Positions 1-7,019 of a stretch of DNA of 41,665 bases are shown here, piece by piece. Source of the stretch: a virus (lineage: Duplodnaviria; Caudoviricetes); the IMG/VR virus record IMGVR_UViG_3300033076_000311, positions 1 to 41,665 of that record. One strand, 5' to 3'. Under the pieces are notes generated by a model. That model was not told the origin of the DNA. It made no database searches and saw only the letters and a program-made list of their open reading frames with translations. The stretch's first letter is position 1; each line of letters starts with the position of its first letter. A program made the translations under genes and the position numbers.

Positions 1-149
1 CTTGTTCGCTCACCATTGCTTTTCTCCTTCTCTAACTTTTCAATACGTTGTTCAAGGGCTTTTACTTTTTCTTCCAACACCTTGATCGGCTCTCTGTAGC
101 CAACTTCTCGGTACGGTACTGTCAAGCCGATGGGTTTGCGTTCACTCAT
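1..149 (-). CDS. small hypothetical protein, runs off window edge (MSERKPIGLTVPYREVGYREPIKVLEEKVKALEQRIEKLEKE...)
   Basis: Translated by hand; GGAGG SD before ATG at 149; coiled-coil-like C-half; not in ORF track. Confidence 0.6.
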   Translation of the reverse strand, partial: MSERKPIGLTVPYREVGYREPIKVLEEKVKALEQRIEKLEKEKSNGERT

Positions 150-181
150 CTGCCGCCTCCACGTTTACGCCAGCCACTCAT
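146..181 (-). CDS. 11-aa micro-ORF MSGWRKRGGGR
   Basis: ATGA overlaps with both the upstream stop (178-180) and the downstream start (149). Confidence 0.4.
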   Translation of the reverse strand: MSGWRKRGGGR

Positions 182-396
182 GTGTTTTTTTCCTTAAGTT
201 TGGCTTCAACGTATTTGTAAAAGCGGCGCACTTGTTTCAACTCCATGTATTTCCCGTTGTCGCCAACAAGTGCTGGCAGCTCCTCATCCGTCAGCCCAAC
301 CCATGTGCGCTGTGGTGCTTGATACTGTTGGTTAACTGTTGAGCCTGTAACAAAATCAGAAGCAACAGCAGATGCAATTTGATCAAAAATACTCAT
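178..396 (-). CDS. phage hypothetical protein (PQRTWVGLTDEE motif)
   Basis: ORF track; AAGGAG SD; motif resembles the C-terminus of 476-1129. Confidence 0.75.
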   Translation of the reverse strand: MSIFDQIASAVASDFVTGSTVNQQYQAPQRTWVGLTDEELPALVGDNGKYMELKQVRRFYKYVEAKLKEKNT

Positions 397-472
397 TCAA
401 AATCTCCTTAATCTTGCTGTAAATCCAAGCGCTAAAAAATACACAAAAAACAATATGAAGAATTGCTGTCAT
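383..472 (-). CDS. 29-aa single-TM peptide (MTAILHIVFCVFFSAWIYSKIKEILNEYF)
   Basis: Hand translation; AAGGAG SD; fills the gap between neighbours. Confidence 0.5.
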   Translation of the reverse strand: MTAILHIVFCVFFSAWIYSKIKEILNEYF

Positions 473-475
473 GTC

Positions 476-1129
476 TTACTCCTTAATGCCGTGGGCGGCT
501 TCTATGGCTCTGGCAAATGAATAAATACACAATTTTGAATTGGCAATATTTTCAATCTGCTCATCCGTCAGCGGCTTGCGCTGTGGTGGGGTGGTGTAGA
601 CAGGTGTTGCGCCTTCAAACGGCTTTTCTGTGTGCGCTTGCAAGCCATACCCAAGCCAATATGAAGGCTCATGCTCTGGCTGTGCCTTGCACTTGTCGCA
701 GTCGTGATTCACGCAGCCTATCTTTGGAATGTCCTTCTCTGGTTGTGTTGTGGGTACGGGTGGATGTGTGTAGAGAGGCGTCAAGTCGTAAACGTCCCTG
801 TTATATTTGGCTGCTTTGTCTTTGTCTGTAATAAGCACACGGTCAGAATCCAAACACCAGTTCGCTAAGTTTCCCCACGCCACAGGCTCCTGCTCTGGCT
901 GTGCCGCTTTAGGCCAACCTTTTGGACATTCATCACGACCGCAAGCAGTATCAATACAAGCCTCGCAACCAACGCATCGTTCTTTCTCTTGATCTTGCTG
1001 TGCCAAGGCTTCTTTGACGGCAGCGGTGGCTTGGCAAATCAGGCAATTACAGCCCAAGTCACCTTCTGGCTCTGTCAAATATCCAGCGTAATCCAACGCC
1101 TCAAGCGCCAGCTTCAATGCTTCTCTCAT
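476..1129 (-). CDS. modular phage hypothetical protein with Cys clusters and QPExEP linkers
   Basis: Start reassigned to MREALKLALEAL (ATGA overlap, GAGGA SD). Confidence 0.75.
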   Translation of the reverse strand: MREALKLALEALDYAGYLTEPEGDLGCNCLICQATAAVKEALAQQDQEKERCVGCEACIDTACGRDECPKGWPKAAQPEQEPVAWGNLANWCLDSDRVLITDKDKAAKYNRDVYDLTPLYTHPPVPTTQPEKDIPKIGCVNHDCDKCKAQPEHEPSYWLGYGLQAHTEKPFEGATPVYTTPPQRKPLTDEQIENIANSKLCIYSFARAIEAAHGIKE

Positions 1130-1245
1130 AGCGGTGCGTCCTCTGTTTGTTGACGTTGTTGTTGCGCGTATTCTTTGATTTGTTTGGCAGTCCAAGGAAC
1201 GGGTGGATAACTTGGGAAGGGCCATGTGTTTTCTTTGCTTTGCAT
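1126..1245 (-). CDS. 39-aa hypothetical protein (MQSKENTWPFPSYPPVPWTAKQIKEYAQQQRQQTEDAPL)
   Basis: Hand translation; GAGG SD; stop overlaps the next ATG. Confidence 0.6.
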   Translation of the reverse strand: MQSKENTWPFPSYPPVPWTAKQIKEYAQQQRQQTEDAPL

Positions 1246-1255
1246 TTCTATCCTC

Positions 1256-1534
1256 TCAAAGGTATTTATCTACAAGAACTTGAATTCCTTTATTCAAGTC
1301 ACCACTACCTAACTCCAATAAACTCTTCTCTTGAATAGAGTTTAGTACAAGATTGAAGGGTTTTTCTTCTTTCTTTACTGCTGGTCTACCTGCTCCTGGT
1401 CTTCTACCACCATGTTTACCTATAGGTCTGCCAAGGCGTTTTGATCTTTTATTTCTTTGTTTTTGTCTTTCTATCTCTGCCAGCCACTCAGGTGTTCTTT
1501 CTGGGTACTGGAATGGGTCTTCAAAGGTGCTCAT
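1256..1534 (-). CDS. small basic putative DNA-binding protein
   Basis: HGGRRPGAGRP basic motif followed by a short beta-alpha-alpha-like segment. Confidence 0.6.
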   Translation of the reverse strand: MSTFEDPFQYPERTPEWLAEIERQKQRNKRSKRLGRPIGKHGGRRPGAGRPAVKKEEKPFNLVLNSIQEKSLLELGSGDLNKGIQVLVDKYL

Positions 1535-1728
1535 GCTTCACCTCTTTCACGAATATGGTCTGCACAGTTGATGCAAGCAGAGTCCCAATCTCCTTCGGAT
1601 AGGTCGGTTGCATTGTCTTCACACACCTTTGCACACGCCTCACGCTCTTGCCTCATTGCCCATCGAATAGCATCTCTTGTGCTTGCATGGCCTTGAATAG
1701 CCATCTCAATGATTTCATCTTGCGTCAT
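1531..1728 (-). CDS. hypothetical protein, MTQDEIIEMA/EREACAKV family copy 1
   Basis: ORF track; ATGA coupling; paralogous to 1725-1970. Confidence 0.8.
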   Translation of the reverse strand: MTQDEIIEMAIQGHASTRDAIRWAMRQEREACAKVCEDNATDLSEGDWDSACINCADHIRERGEA

Positions 1729-1970
1729 GCTTCACCTCTTGCTCGGATTGCTTTGGCGACAACAAAGCGAGTAAACCACAGTTCTTCTTCTACCACCTTC
1801 GCACACGCCTCACGCTCTTTAGCTGCTGTCCGTTCCTCTACCAGTTTGGCAAAGGCTTCAAACATTGCGTCTGCGTCAATTTCGCCTTCATCATCACCTT
1901 GCAACAATCCGTATTTGTTGAATGGGAAACCAGCCTGTCTAGCCATCTCAATGATTTCATCTTGCGTCAT
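1698..1970. repeat. 31-nt exact direct repeat TAGCCATCTCAATGATTTCATCTTGCGTCAT (1698-1728, 1940-1970)
   Basis: Read directly; encodes the shared N-termini. Confidence 0.95.
1725..1970 (-). CDS. hypothetical protein, MTQDEIIEMA/EREACAKV family copy 2
   Basis: ORF track; ATGA coupling. Confidence 0.8.
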   Translation of the reverse strand: MTQDEIIEMARQAGFPFNKYGLLQGDDEGEIDADAMFEAFAKLVEERTAAKEREACAKVVEEELWFTRFVVAKAIRARGEA

Positions 1971-2425
1971 AACTGCTCTCTCCTCAAGTACTCTGCCAAC
2001 AACAATGCCTCAGCGCGGTTGTTGTCTTTCTTTCTGCTTAAGGGCGCATTAGGCCATAAACTTCTAGCCAGCTCCAATGAATTGTTCTTATCGGAGTCAA
2101 GTTTTAATAGTTTTTTCCATTTCTGTGGCGTGACGTAGTGCACTGGCGATCTAAAAGCCTCACAGACGGCATCTATGGCCCCTACAGCGCGTCCAAACTT
2201 GAAGGTGCTACTTACCCCCTGTCCACTGAATGCATGCACGGATTCGAGGCAAAATTCAACGTCTTGTCGGTCAATCGCTTGGGTTAGTTCTGCTTTGAAG
2301 TCCAAGGTGTTGATCTTGCCATCGGTGTTTGAGATGTCACCACATGACCAGTACTTGCCATTGTGGTCAATGACTCCCCATGCTCCAGAAACAGCGCCTG
2401 GGTCGATGCCGCAGTACAACATCAT
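1967..2425 (-). CDS. ruvC: RuvC-like Holliday junction resolvase
   Basis: GIDPG, LESVH, STFKFG, VTPQKWKK and RAEALLLA motifs; start moved to MMLYCGIDPG. Confidence 0.88.
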   Translation of the reverse strand: MMLYCGIDPGAVSGAWGVIDHNGKYWSCGDISNTDGKINTLDFKAELTQAIDRQDVEFCLESVHAFSGQGVSSTFKFGRAVGAIDAVCEAFRSPVHYVTPQKWKKLLKLDSDKNNSLELARSLWPNAPLSRKKDNNRAEALLLAEYLRREQL

Positions 2426-2628
2426 TCTTGGCTCCGAATCCAAATGGCAATCGAAGTGGCTGTGTCGTTCAGTGGACCTTTCTCCAATTCTGTTGCCAGC
2501 TCTTCTGCTTTTGCTTTAGCGACAAGTTTGGCAAAGGCTTCAAGCTCAGGGCTTGTAAAGTAAAACACTTGGTGTTTCTCAAAACATCCAGCCTGTTTAG
2601 CCATATCAAGAATTTGTTGCGTCTGCAT
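2422..2628 (-). CDS. hypothetical protein (MQTQQILDMAKQAG...LEAFAKLV), related to 1725-1970
   Basis: GGAG SD before ATG 2628; shares a 19-nt identity with 1843-1861. Confidence 0.7.
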   Translation of the reverse strand: MQTQQILDMAKQAGCFEKHQVFYFTSPELEAFAKLVAKAKAEELATELEKGPLNDTATSIAIWIRSQE

Positions 2629-3106
2629 GTTCTTTCTCCAATGATTGAATAACACGTACTTTCTTTGCTCTGATGCGTGATGCCACGTACTCGATAGCCT
2701 CTTCGATCTCGCGCACCGAAGTCTCTTCGAGCTGTTGGTCATGGACTGAAAGCGCCAGCTTTACTGCCTGTATCTCAGGTCCTGTAAAGATGAATCCCTT
2801 ACCTGCTACACCTCGCTTGCCCATGTTGTAGATCGCGTCCTGGGCTTCTCCAATCTCTGGTAGCCAATCAGCTCCCTTCTCAGGGAATAGGGTGGCTATA
2901 GCCTCGGCTTGATTGAAGGCATGAATGAGGATGTCAGTGTGGTCACGGTCACCTCTGCCAAACATGATCTCGTCAAGGGCTGAATGGTTCTTTGCGATCA
3001 GTGTGACACCGGCTTCAGGCACTTTGGCTACCTTCATGAATCCTGACTTGATGTAGGCCATAGCATCCAAACGAACACCTTTAGGCTTGTACTTCTTTCT
3101 TGCCAT
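2606..3106 (-). CDS. hypothetical protein
   Basis: ORF track; GAGG SD; operon context. Confidence 0.75.
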   Translation of the reverse strand: MARKKYKPKGVRLDAMAYIKSGFMKVAKVPEAGVTLIAKNHSALDEIMFGRGDRDHTDILIHAFNQAEAIATLFPEKGADWLPEIGEAQDAIYNMGKRGVAGKGFIFTGPEIQAVKLALSVHDQQLEETSVREIEEAIEYVASRIRAKKVRVIQSLEKEHADATNS

Positions 3107-3275
3107 TTTTTTCCTCTATCCTTTGCTTAATCAATTCGGGCAGGTCTTTGAACAGTTCGGATGGGTCATCACGAAGCTTGCGCACCATCCATCTGGCGTG
3201 TTCGACAGTAGACGGATTCATCGCCATATCCGCATAGTGTTCGGTCAGTTGCTCTAAGAGTTCTTGATAGATCAC
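3081..3275 (-). CDS. hypothetical protein
   Basis: ORF track; GGAGG before GTG start. Confidence 0.6.
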   Translation of the reverse strand: MIYQELLEQLTEHYADMAMNPSTVEHARWMVRKLRDDPSELFKDLPELIKQRIEEKNGKKEVQA

Positions 3276-3369
3276 CAGTGGCCTCCAATGCGTCTAGGAT
3301 GTCTTTGATCGGGGTTAGTCTGTCAAACTTGGCTCTGTCTAGCAGTTGATGTGCTTGTTCTTTAGTCAT
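3169..3369 (-). CDS. hypothetical protein (ALEATGDL motif)
   Basis: Coupled to the replication gene; long 3-prime overlap with the next ORF. Confidence 0.55.
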   Translation of the reverse strand: MTKEQAHQLLDRAKFDRLTPIKDILDALEATGDLSRTLRATDRTLCGYGDESVYCRTRQMDGAQAS

Positions 3370-4141
3370 GCTTCACCTTCAACTTTGCTACAAGTTCACG
3401 AACGCTGTCTGGCATAGGTGCAGCCTTCTTGCTGTCTTCCTCAATCTTGCGTAGGGCAGCGTCTTGGTTTGGCGGGGTAGGTGTGGTCACATGAGCAATG
3501 TCGAATTTGTTGACCAAGGAAGTTTGTCGTGGTTGTACCCAATCGGCTTTGAACGACTGCCAGTTGCGAACAATCGTTTCTTTCAACGCATCTTCCAAAG
3601 TCCATCCCGCCAGGTCTGCTTGAGTCTTCAGGTTTTCCAAGACAAGCTCAGTCACTTTAGCCTTCTTTGATTTGCGATGAGCTACGAACTCTTTCCAAAC
3701 TAAATCAGATACGCCGCCAGGCGGTGCAACGACAGTTGCTTTATCTATTGGTTTATGGTTATTGGTTATTGGTTTATGGTTATTGGTTGCTATTGGGGTA
3801 GCATTAGGGGGGCTATTAGCCTCCCTATGGGCATCCTTTGCCCACCTTTTAGCCGCCCCACGTTTACCAGCTTCAATAAACTCACGATATTGGTTTATTT
3901 CTTTGTCTGCTCTAGGGTGAACAAAGCCATTCTCTGTTGACACAAAGAACTCATTCAGCACCGTCAAAACATCTTGTTCGTTGTCGCGCATTCCAATCTG
4001 ACGAGCTATGTCGCGCTGCTTGATTGGCTGCTCATGTAGGTAATAAAAGTCGAGCAAACGACGAAATGCCAAATCTTCAATCAATGAAAGATGGCGCGTG
4101 TGACTTGCATAGTCACCAATGTGAAAATTGTAGTAGTGCAT
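3362..4141 (-). CDS. DUF1376/YdaU-family replication initiator (lambda O analogue)
   Basis: N-terminal MHYYNFHIGDY..T.HLS..ED.A.RRLLD.YY signature; internal repeat linker; C-terminal helical domain. Confidence 0.85.
   Translation of the reverse strand: MHYYNFHIGDYASHTRHLSLIEDLAFRRLLDFYYLHEQPIKQRDIARQIGMRDNEQDVLTVLNEFFVSTENGFVHPRADKEINQYREFIEAGKRGAAKRWAKDAHREANSPPNATPIATNNHKPITNNHKPIDKATVVAPPGGVSDLVWKEFVAHRKSKKAKVTELVLENLKTQADLAGWTLEDALKETIVRNWQSFKADWVQPRQTSLVNKFDIAHVTTPTPPNQDAALRKIEEDSKKAAPMPDSVRELVAKLKVKHD
3746..3787. repeat. iteron-like repeat, 2 x TATTGGTTTATGGTTATTGGT; probable replication origin
   Basis: Six heptads TATTGGT/TTATGGT inside the initiator gene, as in lambdoid origins. Confidence 0.7.
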
Positions 4142-4247
4142 TTAGCATCTCCGCGAACTCCCAAAATGGAAACCTCGGCAGGGGGGGAGTTCCCTTTTCA
4201 GACAAGTAGCTACTCTTGTCCTAGCCGTGTTTCGCAAATCATATCAC
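4142..4247 (-). promoter_or_regulatory. structured 5-prime leader of the replication gene with extended -10-like TGATATGAT
   Basis: Stems GAAAC-ACGGC/GCCG-AG-GTTTC, GACAAG/CTTGTC and GAACTCCC/GGGAGTTC. Confidence 0.55.
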
Positions 4248-4534
4248 TTTTTTTCTGATTCCCAACGCATTTTTGTGTACTCAGCATCAAAACATGCGTC
4301 AATGTACTTGCGATGCAATGTCTTGTACTTAACAATATCAATGCATTCTTGCGGCTCTTCAATAGCCCTGCGAAGGTAAACAGCCATGTCTAGGGCCTCT
4401 TCGTAGGCATGTTGCAGCCAATCACGCAAAGGCAAGGGATTGCCTTCTACAGTGGTTCCATACTTTGCCAATCCAAGATCTTGTCGCTTGGCTATGTCTT
4501 CACAGACCTTTGCTTCTATTCCAGTAACCATCAC
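4244..4534 (-). CDS. MazG-like all-alpha nucleotide pyrophosphatase-like protein
   Basis: R..G..KYG and WLQHAYEEALDMAVYL (EExxD) motifs. Confidence 0.6.
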   Translation of the reverse strand: MMVTGIEAKVCEDIAKRQDLGLAKYGTTVEGNPLPLRDWLQHAYEEALDMAVYLRRAIEEPQECIDIVKYKTLHRKYIDACFDAEYTKMRWESEKK

Positions 4535-4836
4535 TGCTCCTTGACGAAGATACCTTCAGCATTCATGTAGCCACGGCGATCTTTGATCTGGCTATAAGCA
4601 GCTTCAAGACAGTCAACCAGGTTAACGTCCAGCAAAGCGCATACGTTGATCAAACAAACCACTGTGTCACCAATGGCATCAATGGCCTCTTCACGGTTGT
4701 TAGAACGTAAGGCATCCACCAGCTCATTGATCTCTTCTACAGCCTTCATAGACTGTGCAAAGGGTGTGCTGTTTGGAATGATTCGTCTTTGCTCTGACCA
4801 ACGAATGACATCTAATTCGACTTCTGCGTAACTCAT
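4531..4836 (-). CDS. MazG-like NTP pyrophosphohydrolase
   Basis: KAVEEINEL...DAIGD...CLEAAYSQIKDRRG...GIFVKE signature. Confidence 0.85.
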   Translation of the reverse strand: MSYAEVELDVIRWSEQRRIIPNSTPFAQSMKAVEEINELVDALRSNNREEAIDAIGDTVVCLINVCALLDVNLVDCLEAAYSQIKDRRGYMNAEGIFVKEQ

Positions 4837-5021
4837 TTCTTTTCCTCTTTTTCGCCTTTAATCATTGCTAAGTCAACTCCAACTTGATAGTCTTTCATCT
4901 TGTCGTTCCAAACATGATCTTCTAAAGTCTTTGGATCTTTTTTGATCCCAAAGATGGCATCCCAGTTGTCGCGGAACTTGTCTGGATTAGGGATAGGACG
5001 AGGCGCTGAACCTTTACCCAT
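4833..5021 (-). CDS. hypothetical protein (MGKGSAPRP...NWDAIFG)
   Basis: GAGGAG SD before ATG 5021. Confidence 0.7.
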   Translation of the reverse strand: MGKGSAPRPIPNPDKFRDNWDAIFGIKKDPKTLEDHVWNDKMKDYQVGVDLAMIKGEKEEKK

Positions 5022-5193
5022 TTGTCTTCTCCTCAAACCACTCTGGCTTTTTCTCTTTCAACTCATACAGACGAAGCATAGGCACTTCACCCATAGCCTT
5101 CCATTTGTAGCAAGCAGGTGCTGTGATACCCAAGATACGGGCGATCTCAGACAGGTTGCATTTACTACGCTCTAGCAATTCTTCAACTTTCAT
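5014..5193 (-). CDS. Cro-like HTH regulator, 59 aa (MKVEELLERSKCNLSEIARILGITAPACYKWKAMGEVPMLRLYELKEKKPEWFEEKTNG)
   Basis: Hand translation; HTH pattern IA..LGIT..A...W...G.VP..R; AAGGAG SD; below the ORF-track cutoff. Confidence 0.85.
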   Translation of the reverse strand: MKVEELLERSKCNLSEIARILGITAPACYKWKAMGEVPMLRLYELKEKKPEWFEEKTNG

Positions 5194-5693
5194 ACGTTCT
5201 CCTTGGTTGATTTCTCTACATATTCTGTAGTTGGGGTATATGGGAATGTAATTGGCACTGAACTATCTTTACTTGTGTAATGACTCTTGAACTTTCTTGT
5301 TCCTGGGTATCCAACATCATCTTCGTCTAGTTCTCGTTCGTGCCACTCATAAAACACAATGCCATTGATGTCATAAGCTTGACCATTAAATCTATCTGCT
5401 TGTTTGAAAACATGACTGCAACGCTTGTTTTGAAAAACACCAGGTGTAGGCTCGTGCCACTCCCAATCTTCTCCAGTTAAGGGAACAATAGGTTCAAACA
5501 ACGCAAGCTTCTTGAACAAATTAACAGCATAAGGCGCTGAAGATCCTGAATGGCCCTCATCGCTAAAGACTGTTAAAAGTTGCAATACATGCTCACAGAT
5601 TGCAGCTTGCATTTCATCTTTATATGCGCCCGTTTCATCCGTCCATCCAGCAGCACGAAACTCCATAACTGCATGCTTGTTCAAATTAGACAT
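5190..5693 (-). CDS. hypothetical protein
   Basis: ORF track; AAGGA SD; first gene of the leftward operon. Confidence 0.8.
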   Translation of the reverse strand: MSNLNKHAVMEFRAAGWTDETGAYKDEMQAAICEHVLQLLTVFSDEGHSGSSAPYAVNLFKKLALFEPIVPLTGEDWEWHEPTPGVFQNKRCSHVFKQADRFNGQAYDINGIVFYEWHERELDEDDVGYPGTRKFKSHYTSKDSSVPITFPYTPTTEYVEKSTKENV

Positions 5694-5699
5694 TTCATT

Positions 5700-5856
5700 T
5701 CCTTTGCTATTTATGACGGCGGGAGTATACCTGCGTACAATACTATGGTTGATTGTTTTTTTCTATCAGACTACAAATGTCCATTAAAAGATATTTGTTG
5801 CAATTGGAGGAAAGTACATTACCATACTCATACGTTCACTAAACAGGAGGATACTT
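5700..5856. promoter_or_regulatory. divergent promoter region
   Basis: AT-rich gap between divergent operons; candidate -10 boxes TAGTAT (minus, 5740-5745) and CATACT (plus, 5823-5828). Confidence 0.5.
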
Positions 5857-6060
5857 ATGGGACGCGATTTACGTAGTTTAATTAGCGACGACTTCGTTAT
5901 TAAACTTTACTCAACATTCTGCAAAGAGCAGCCAATGGTTGAGATCAAAGGTTGTGCTTTCCTAAATACGGGAAGACTTTGCGACATTATTAAGTTCTTT
6001 GAACAGCAGCTCGGACAAGATTTTGTTGTCAAGATTGAGCTTGAAGCGGAGCTGTACTAA
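5857..6060 (+). CDS. hypothetical protein
   Basis: Strong AGGAGG SD. Confidence 0.75.
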   Translation: MGRDLRSLISDDFVIKLYSTFCKEQPMVEIKGCAFLNTGRLCDIIKFFEQQLGQDFVVKIELEAELY

Positions 6061-6218
6061 TGGAACGCAAGATAGACGTAGTCGAAGCCTTTCAACAAGG
6101 CTATCAAGAAGGTCAGTTGGCTGCTCTCAAGTTGATCAACCAGTTTTGCGGATTTGATGCAAAAAACATCCAAGAACTGATCCACATGGTTAATGTTAAA
6201 AAAAATGCAAATGTTTAA
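6060..6218 (+). CDS. 52-aa hypothetical protein (MERKIDVVEAFQQGYQEGQLAALK...)
   Basis: Hand translation; TAATG overlap; GGAG SD. Confidence 0.65.
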   Translation: MERKIDVVEAFQQGYQEGQLAALKLINQFCGFDAKNIQELIHMVNVKKNANV

Positions 6219-6423
6219 CATGAACATCTTTTCTGGCAACACATACACAGACATGGATAACGTCAAGATTCGTCAAGACGGTGAAGTGTTTAACAAGTGT
6301 GGCGACATGTGGGTTGGTCAACATGGACAGCTTATCCGTGATGACGGCAATGTACAAATGAATCTCAAGAATGGGATCATGTCAACTTTCGGTGACCCGT
6401 TTGGAGACAATGATGCTTTATGA
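6205..6423 (+). CDS. hypothetical beta-rich protein (start uncertain)
   Basis: ORF track; operon tiling. Confidence 0.6.
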   Translation: MQMFNMNIFSGNTYTDMDNVKIRQDGEVFNKCGDMWVGQHGQLIRDDGNVQMNLKNGIMSTFGDPFGDNDAL

Positions 6424-6604
6424 CTTTAACCCCACAGTTCGGATGTACCCACGTTCAATGAACGAAGCATTCCAAAACACTGTAGAAAACGCTCAATGGA
6501 TGGAACATTACAAAGCCCCAGCGACGATCAAGGATGTGGCGTTGTACATCATCCTAGTACTCGTAGCAGCAGCACTAGCAATGGTGATGATATGGAAACC
6601 GTAA
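6410..6604 (+). CDS. membrane protein with a C-terminal TM helix
   Basis: GGAG SD; YPRSMNEAF motif; hydrophobic C-terminus. Confidence 0.7.
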   Translation: MMLYDFNPTVRMYPRSMNEAFQNTVENAQWMEHYKAPATIKDVALYIILVLVAAALAMVMIWKP

Positions 6605-6813
6605 AGTGGACAGAAAACCTGTCAACCTACGACATCAAAAACAAACAGTTCATCAAGCACATTAAGTTTGACAAGTACATGTTTATCGTCAGGTATCACA
6701 GACTAGACGAAGACGACTTTGTAGTTGACCAGGTAATGACACTTGACGAACAAGACATCACAGATCTTCTGAGCTGTAGAACCCTAGATAGGATAGAAAG
6801 GAAGTTGAAATGA
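6592..6813 (+). CDS. hypothetical protein (METVKW...)
   Basis: Start reassigned; ATGA coupling to the next gene. Confidence 0.6.
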   Translation: METVKWTENLSTYDIKNKQFIKHIKFDKYMFIVRYHRLDEDDFVVDQVMTLDEQDITDLLSCRTLDRIERKLK

Positions 6814-7019
6814 AAGTTAAATCCCTGTTCCAACAATACATGGAAGAGTTCAAGGCATCTAGCCAAGAGTACTGCTGCTATTGCCTAGAACCACGTGGTG
6901 GCATTGGCTGCTGTCAAGAGAACCACTTCGTAGAGTTCAAAGACTTGTACGAAGAAGACCAGATCGCAATCATTGAGAACGAGCTGCAAATGGCATTTGA
7001 TTTAGGAGAAGCAAAGTGA
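6810..7019 (+). CDS. small Cys-rich, possibly zinc-binding protein
   Basis: YCCYC...CCQENHF motif. Confidence 0.7.
   Translation: MKVKSLFQQYMEEFKASSQEYCCYCLEPRGGIGCCQENHFVEFKDLYEEDQIAIIENELQMAFDLGEAK

Noticed and set aside
4223-4231. 9-nt complementarity between the replication leader (AACACGGCU) and the late leader RNA (AGCCGUGUU, 38552-38560)
   Set aside because: A 9-nt match between regions of this size is plausible by chance and both segments lie within local stems
4244-4836. MazZ-type 2-aminoadenine (Z-DNA) pathway
   Set aside because: No PurZ, DatZ or phage DNA polymerase is present in the window
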